Shown here: in pieces, positions 58,331 through 64,000 of the stretch
How positions within the stretch are numbered: position 1 is the stretch's first letter
Layout: each line of letters begins with the position of its first letter
Assembly: GCA_963805625.1 (NCBI GenBank)
Contig: CAWDVE010000010.1
Coordinates: forward strand, 1,344,001 to 1,408,000
Length of the DNA: 64,000 nt
Source: an uncultured Candidatus Rokubacteria bacterium
GTDB taxonomy: Bacteria; Methylomirabilota; Methylomirabilia; Rokubacteriales; DASRDR01
Direction of reading: 5' to 3'
Program-made: the position numbers and the translations under genes
The notes under the pieces: model-generated
Databases searched by the model: none
The model's input: the letters and a program-made list of their open reading frames with translations, nothing else
Told to the model about the DNA's origin: nothing

Positions 58331-58950
58331 ACGCCCGCCCTCACCGACACGCGGCGGCCAGCCACCTCGAGGCGGCCCTCGGCGTAGAGGCGAATCGCCT
58401 CCGGGTAGAGCCGATGCTCCTCGGCGAGGATCCGCGCGGCCAGGGTTACCTCCGTATCGTCATCGAGTACGGGAACGGCCGCCTGCAGGACGATTGGCCC
58501 CGTGTCCACGCCCTCGTCCACGAAGTGGACGGTCGCCCCCGCCACCTTGACGCCGTGCTGGAGGGCCTGGCGCTGGGCGTCGAGCCCGCGAAACGCCGGC
58601 AGCAGCGCGGGATGGACGTTCAGGATCCGGCTCCGGTAGCGCCGGACGAACTCGGCCGAGAGCACCCGCATGTAGCCCGCCAGGCACACCAGCTCGACCC
58701 CGGCCCCATCGAGGATAGCCGCGACCGCGCCGTCGAACGCCGAGCGGTCCGGGTAGGCGCGCGGATCGAGATCCACCGCCCGGATACCCGCCTGGCGCGC
58801 GCGCTCGAGCGCCGGCGCGTCCTTCCGGTCGCTCACGACGACGGCCACACGCGCCGGGCAGCGTCCGGCGTCGATCGCGTCGAGAATGGCCTGGAGGTTC
58901 GACCCTCGGCCCGAGGCGAGAACACCGAGGACGAGGGGGGCAACTCGCAT
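58327..58950 (-). CDS. purN: Phosphoribosylglycinamide formyltransferase
   Basis: SGRGSN, NVHPALLP, GATVHFV..VDTGPI. Confidence 0.96.
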   Translation of the reverse strand: MRVAPLVLGVLASGRGSNLQAILDAIDAGRCPARVAVVVSDRKDAPALERARQAGIRAVDLDPRAYPDRSAFDGAVAAILDGAGVELVCLAGYMRVLSAEFVRRYRSRILNVHPALLPAFRGLDAQRQALQHGVKVAGATVHFVDEGVDTGPIVLQAAVPVLDDDTEVTLAARILAEEHRLYPEAIRLYAEGRLEVAGRRVSVRAGV

Positions 58951-59156
58951 CGCGCGCTCATTCTACCGCAGCCACTGCGTTGCCAGTGCCTACGGCCACC
59001 CGAGGATCGAGGCCCGTGGCGCACGGCGTCCCCTTGGAACGGGTCTGCCCCCTGCCCGGGTGAACCCCGCGGACTCTGGCGTAGGATGCGAGTCGGGGGA
59101 GCGATGGACTCTCCCGACGCAGCAGCCCTCCAGCTCCGAGACAGTGGGAAAACCCC

Positions 59157-59520
59157 ACGAGGCTCGCCCGGCTCACGATCCTGGCCACCCTCGCCCTCAT
59201 CCTCCTCTCCGCGCCGCTCACCGTCGATGCGCGGCAAGCTGGGAAGGTCTACCGGATCGGATTCATCACGACCGCGGCGCCGACTGACGTGGGGCAGCTC
59301 ATCAGGGCGCTGGACGAGGGCCTGCGGGAGCTCGGATACGTGGAGGGACGGAACATCGTGTTCGATGGCGACTATCCCGATCCTCATGGCGGTGTCGAGA
59401 GATCACGTGGGAGCGGGGTTCGTCGCGAGCCTGGCCCGGCCTGGCGGCAACGTCACGGGGCTGTCCAACGATCCCGGCCTCGAGATACTCGGCAAGAATC
59501 TGGAACTCCTGCGGCGGCAC
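59157..59520 (+). pseudogene. Remnant of an ABC_sub_bind-type substrate-binding protein, internally deleted and truncated
   Basis: KVYRIGFI..GLRELGYVEGRNI joined out of frame to TIPILM..GFVASLARPGGNVTG..KNLELLR. Confidence 0.78.
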
Positions 59521-59538
59521 GCGGGGCGGGGCGCGCCT

Positions 59539-60606
59539 CTACCGGTACGTCACGCCGCGGCTCCCCCGACGGATCTCCCCGATCTGGAACGCCGGCGTCT
59601 GCAACCTCCAGAGTCGGGCGAGCACCCGCGCCGCGTGAAGCGGCGGCACCACGAGGACGAACCCGATCCCCATGTTGAAGACCCCGAACATCTCCGCCTC
59701 GTCGATCCGACCGCGCCCCTGGAGCCACCGGAAGACCTCAGACACCGGCCAGGTGCCGCGGTCGATCACCGCCCGGCAACCCGAGGGCAGGACGCGCGGC
59801 AGGTTGCCGGTGAGCCCCCCGCCCGTGATGTGAGCCATGGCCCGGATCGGCACGCCCGCACGCAGAAGGGCCAGGATCGGCTTGACGTAGATTCGCGTCG
59901 GCCTCAGTAGCTCGCGACCGACCGTCCGGTTGAGTCCGGAGATGCGGTCCCGGACCCGGAGGCGGAGTCGCTCGAACACGACCTTTCGCGCGAGGCTGTA
60001 CCCGTTCGAGTGCAGGCCGTTCGAGAGGAGCCCGATCACCGCGTCGCCGGGCCGGACGGCGCGGCCATCGATGAGGCGGCTGCGCTCGACGACGCCCACC
60101 GCGAACCCGGCCAAGTCGTACTCCCCGGCCGCGTAGAAGTCGGGCAACTCCGCGATCTCTCCGCCGATGAGCGCGCAGCCCGCCTCGCGGCAGCCGGCCG
60201 CGATCCCGCGGACCACCGCCTCGACGGTTCGCGGCACGACGCGGTTGATCCCGATGTAGTCGAGAAAGACGAGGGGCTCGGCGCCGTGAACCAGGAGGTC
60301 GTTGACCCCCATGGCGACCAGGTCGATCCCGATGGTGTCGTGCCGGCCCGCGAGGAACGCGACCCGGAGCTTGGACCCGACACCGTCCGTCGACGCTAGG
60401 AACACGGGATGGCGGTAGCGCCGGGGAGCGCGAAAGAATCCCGCGAAGGCGCCGATGTCACCGAGGACCTCCGGTCGGTAGGTGGCGCGCGCCCACGGAG
60501 CGAGGCGCCGGACGGCCTCCTCGCCGGCATCGATGTCGACCCCGGCGGCTCGGTAACTGAGGCCCCCCCGGACGGGGCGGCGAACGGAAGAGCGGGCGCG
60601 GCTCAG
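59539..60606 (-). CDS. purM: AIR synthase; start uncertain
   Basis: YRAAGVDI, TDGVGSK, GLHSNGYSL, HITGGG, FNMGIG. Confidence 0.94.
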   Translation of the reverse strand: MSRARSSVRRPVRGGLSYRAAGVDIDAGEEAVRRLAPWARATYRPEVLGDIGAFAGFFRAPRRYRHPVFLASTDGVGSKLRVAFLAGRHDTIGIDLVAMGVNDLLVHGAEPLVFLDYIGINRVVPRTVEAVVRGIAAGCREAGCALIGGEIAELPDFYAAGEYDLAGFAVGVVERSRLIDGRAVRPGDAVIGLLSNGLHSNGYSLARKVVFERLRLRVRDRISGLNRTVGRELLRPTRIYVKPILALLRAGVPIRAMAHITGGGLTGNLPRVLPSGCRAVIDRGTWPVSEVFRWLQGRGRIDEAEMFGVFNMGIGFVLVVPPLHAARVLARLWRLQTPAFQIGEIRRGSRGVTYR

Positions 60607-60655
60607 TCGGGCACGCCCCGGGGGTGGGGTAGGCGCAGCATCTCGTTCAGGAGCT

Positions 60656-62074
60656 TCACTCGACGTCGAAGAGGGCGAGCTGCGCGGTGTCCTCCTTCGG
60701 GAATCCGACCTCGTAGGCGCCGCTGAAGCAGGCGTGGCAGAAGCGGCCGCCGTCGCCACCGACCGCCTTCAGCATGCCGTCGAGCGAGAGATACCCCAGG
60801 GAGTCGGCGCCGATGTACCGACGGATCTCCTCCACGCGATGGCTCGAGCCGATCAGCTCCTTGCGGGTCGGCGTGTCGATGCCGTAGTAGCAGGGCCACT
60901 GGATCGGCGGCGACGAGATCCGCAAGTGCACCTCGCGGGCGCCGACCGACCGGATCATCTTCACGATCTTCCGGCTGGTCGTCCCGCGGACGATCGAGTC
61001 GTCGACGACCACGACGCGCCGCCCCTCGATCGTCTCCCGCATCGGGTTCAGCTTCACCCGGACGCCGAAGTGCCGGATGCCCTCGCGGGGCTCGATGAAC
61101 GTGCGGCCGACGTAGTGGTTCCGGATGAGCCCGAGCTCGAACGGGATTCCGGATTGCTCGGCGAAGCCGAGCGCGGCCCCGACGCCGGAGTCGGGCACGG
61201 GGATGACGATGTCCGCCTCAACCGGGTGCTCCTCGGCAAGCCGGTGGCCCAGCGACTTCCGCGTCTGGTACACGTTTTGGCCCCAGAGCGTCGTGTCCGG
61301 GCGGGCGAAGTAGATGTACTCGAACACGCACTGGAGCTGCTTCTTCCCCGGGAACGGCTTGACCGAGCGCAGGCCGTTCTGGTCGATGAGCACGATCTCC
61401 CCGGGCTCCACGTCCCGCACGTACTCGGCCTCGAGCAGGTCGAGCGCGCAGGTCTCAGACGCCAGCAGCCACGTCTTGCCCAGGCGACCCACGACCAGCG
61501 GGCGGAAACCGTGCGGGTCCCGGCATCCGATGAGCGTGTCCGGCGTGAGCATGACAAGCGAGTACGCCCCGCTCAGCTGGGCGAGGGCCTGCGTCAGTGT
61601 CCGCTCGAGGCTCTGGCGGTCCGCGCGAGCGATGAGATGGAGAATGACCTCCGAGTCCGACGTGGACTGGAAGATCGCCCCCATGCCCTCCAGCTCCTTG
61701 CGGAGCGCCTCGGCATTGACCAGGTTCCCGTTGTGACCGAGGGCGATCGAGCCCCGGGAGAACGACGCGCTGATCGGCTGGGCGTTCCGGAGCGTCGACG
61801 AGCCGGCCGTCGAGTAGCGGACGTGGCCGATCGCTGCGCGGCCCGGCAGGCGGCGGAGGCGCTCGGGGCTGAATACGTCGGCTACCCACCCCATGGCCTT
61901 TTCGACGTGCAGCGTCGGGCCGTCGGTGGCCGCGATCCCGGCGGACTCCTGGCCTCGGTGCTGGAGCGCGTAGAGGCCCAGGTAGGCCAGGTTGGCCGCC
62001 TCCGGGTGGTCGAAGACGCCGAAGAGACCGCACTCGTCGTGGAACTTGTCGTCGTCGAGCCAGGCGGTTTTCAT
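60656..62074 (-). CDS. purF: Amidophosphoribosyltransferase
   Basis: Propeptide then CGLFG, QHRGQE, HNGN, DDSIVRG, CYYGID; GGGAG RBS before ATG 62074. Confidence 0.95.
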   Translation of the reverse strand: MKTAWLDDDKFHDECGLFGVFDHPEAANLAYLGLYALQHRGQESAGIAATDGPTLHVEKAMGWVADVFSPERLRRLPGRAAIGHVRYSTAGSSTLRNAQPISASFSRGSIALGHNGNLVNAEALRKELEGMGAIFQSTSDSEVILHLIARADRQSLERTLTQALAQLSGAYSLVMLTPDTLIGCRDPHGFRPLVVGRLGKTWLLASETCALDLLEAEYVRDVEPGEIVLIDQNGLRSVKPFPGKKQLQCVFEYIYFARPDTTLWGQNVYQTRKSLGHRLAEEHPVEADIVIPVPDSGVGAALGFAEQSGIPFELGLIRNHYVGRTFIEPREGIRHFGVRVKLNPMRETIEGRRVVVVDDSIVRGTTSRKIVKMIRSVGAREVHLRISSPPIQWPCYYGIDTPTRKELIGSSHRVEEIRRYIGADSLGYLSLDGMLKAVGGDGGRFCHACFSGAYEVGFPKEDTAQLALFDVE

Positions 62075-64000
62075 GCGGCTCCCTCTGCCTCCCGTCCCGA
62101 CAGCGCCTCGACCGGCTGCTCGAGCGCCCGCGACAGCCCGTTCTCGAACGCATCGGCGAGCGCCTCGGTGGACAGCGACACGCGCACCGCGACTCCGACC
62201 CGCACCTCGAGCCGATCCCCGCCCACGCGGCCGATGACTTGAACGGGCACGGCCCACTCCCGCACGATCCGCGACAGGCGCTCCACGGCTCCCGGCGCCA
62301 CCGTGACGAGGATACGGGACGGCGCCTCGCCGAAGAGCAGCTCGTCCAAGCGGCCCCCGCCGGAAAGGGCCACGGCCGCCCCGATGGCCCGCGGACCGGT
62401 GACGCAGCACTCCGCGAGCGCCACGGCGAGGCCGCCCTCGGCAGCAGTCGTGGGCGGACCGGACGACGCCGGCCTCGATGGCCGCGAGGCACGCGGCCTG
62501 CACCGCGCGCTCCCGGTCGAGGTCGAGGGGAGCCGGCACGCCGCCAAGACGCCCGTGGACAGTCTGGAGGTACTCGCTACCGCCGAGCTGCCCGCCCGGC
62601 TCGCCTAGGAGGACGACGGCGTCCCCCTCCTCCTTGAACCACTGCGTCATCCGCCGCTCGGCGTCCTCGAGGAGCCCGACGACGCCGATGACGGGCGTCG
62701 GCAGGATCGCCCGGCCCAGCGTCTCGTTGTAGAAGGACACATTCCCCCCGGTGACCGGGGTGCCGAGCGCCTCGCAGGCGGCGGCGATGCCGTCCACCGT
62801 CTTCGCGAACTGCCACATGATCTCCGGGCGCTCGGGAGAAGCGAAGTTCAGGCAGTTTGTCACCGCCAACGGCCGCCCGCCGGCGCACACGACGTTGCGC
62901 GCAGCCTCGGCGACCGCCATCGCCCCGCCGAGGAAGGGATCGAGCTGCCCGTAGCGTCCGTTGCCGTCGGTGGCGACCGCGACGGCGCGGGGCGTTCCCT
63001 TGATCCGGAGGACGGCCGCGTCGGAGCCCGGAAGCACGAGGGTGTTGATGCCGACCTGGTGATCGTACTGCCGCCAGATGCTCCGCTTTGACGCGATCGT
63101 CGGCGCCGCCAGGAGCCGGAGGAGCAGGGCGCCCGGGTCCGTCGGCTCCGGCAGCGCGCCGAGGTCGAGTGCGCGCACCCGGTCGAGCCAGTCAGGGCGC
63201 GCCAGTGGCCGGTCGTAGACCGGCGCCTCGTCGGTCAGGGCCCGGACCGGAACCTCCGCCACCACCTCGCCCCGCATGCGGGCGCGGAGCACGCCGTCGG
63301 CCGTGACGTGCCCGATGGGGACCGCGTCCAGCTCCCACTTCTGGAAGACCCGTTGGACCTCGGCCTCGCGGCCACGCTCGACGACGAGCAGCATCCGCTC
63401 CTGGGACTCCGACAGGAGGATCTCGTAGGGCGTCATCCCGGGCTCGCGCTGGGGCACGCGGTCGAGCTCCACGTCGGCACCAGTCCCCGCTCGCGCGGGC
63501 ATCTCGGAGAGGGAGCAGGCCAGTCCGGCCGCGCCCATGTCCTGGATCCCCACCACCGCGCCGCTCCGGAACGCCTCGAGGCACGCCTCGAGGAGGAGCT
63601 TCTCGGTGAACGGGTCGCCCACCTGGACGGTGGGTCGCCGCTCGGCCGAGGTCTCGTCGAAGGCCTCCGACGCCATGGTCGCCCCGTGGATGCCGTCGCG
63701 GCCCGTCTTGGCGCCGACGTAGAGGAAGGTATTCCCGACCCCGTCCGCCCGCGCCCGATAGATCCCGTCCGTCCGCACCAAGCCCAGGCACAGGACGTTC
63801 ACCAGCGGGTTCCGCGCGTACTCCGGCGCGAAGGCCACCTCGCCCCCGACCGTCGGGCATCCGAAGCAGTTGCCGTAGTGGGAGATTCCGGCGACGACCC
63901 CGCCGAGAAGGAACCGCGTGCCCGGCTCGTCGATCGGTCCGAAGCGAAGCGAGTCGAGGAGCGCGATGGGGCGGGCTCCCATCGTGAAGATGTCGCGGAG
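62071..64000 (-). CDS. purL: FGAM synthase large subunit (5' end outside window); 1-nt frameshift at ~62443
   Basis: [31 protein letters not shown]; SAHDC continues as [11 protein letters not shown] in another frame. Confidence 0.92.

Noticed and set aside
60656-63982. 1108-aa PurL-PurF fusion protein
   Set aside because: The linker is out-of-frame purL sequence, and purF has its own RBS, ATG and propeptide
1-64000. rRNA, tRNA, riboswitch, prophage or intact IS
   Set aside because: None recognisable by eye; a covariance-model search would be needed to exclude small RNAs, including a cobalamin riboswitch near the mutase or BtuF-like genes

Overview
A 64 kb, very GC-rich (roughly 70% by eye), gene-dense bacterial chromosome segment. 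The codon style, an ABC_sub_bind-type gene remnant and a GGGGTC...GACCCC palindromic repeat suggest Ca. Rokubacteria/Methylomirabilota, but that is inference. Housekeeping genes include purL-purF-purM-purN-purH-purD-tsaC, purE-purK, thiI, mobA, dapF and citrate synthase. Accessory genes cover acyl-CoA and amine metabolism, transport (MFS, EamA, ABC-2/HlyD exporter, polyamine-type ABC) and a cyclic-nucleotide/cell-envelope cluster. Main results: (1) a DsrE-family selenoprotein missed by the ORF track (in-frame UGA giving UxxC, followed by a SECIS-like hairpin), 12 nt after (2) a B12-dependent mutase cluster carrying the 2-hydroxyisobutyryl-CoA mutase signature residues plus its CoA ligase; (3) DapF with both catalytic Cys replaced by Ser; (4) an aromatic amino acid decarboxylase with a lower-GC N-terminal domain, embedded in an efflux operon that splits an M16 peptidase pair; (5) two RidA domains in one frame separated by a single TAG; (6) recurrent internally deleted genes that keep both ends; (7) many apparently leaderless genes. 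I saw no rRNA, tRNA, CRISPR array or intact transposase. I adjusted start codons by eye where the ORF track over-extends.
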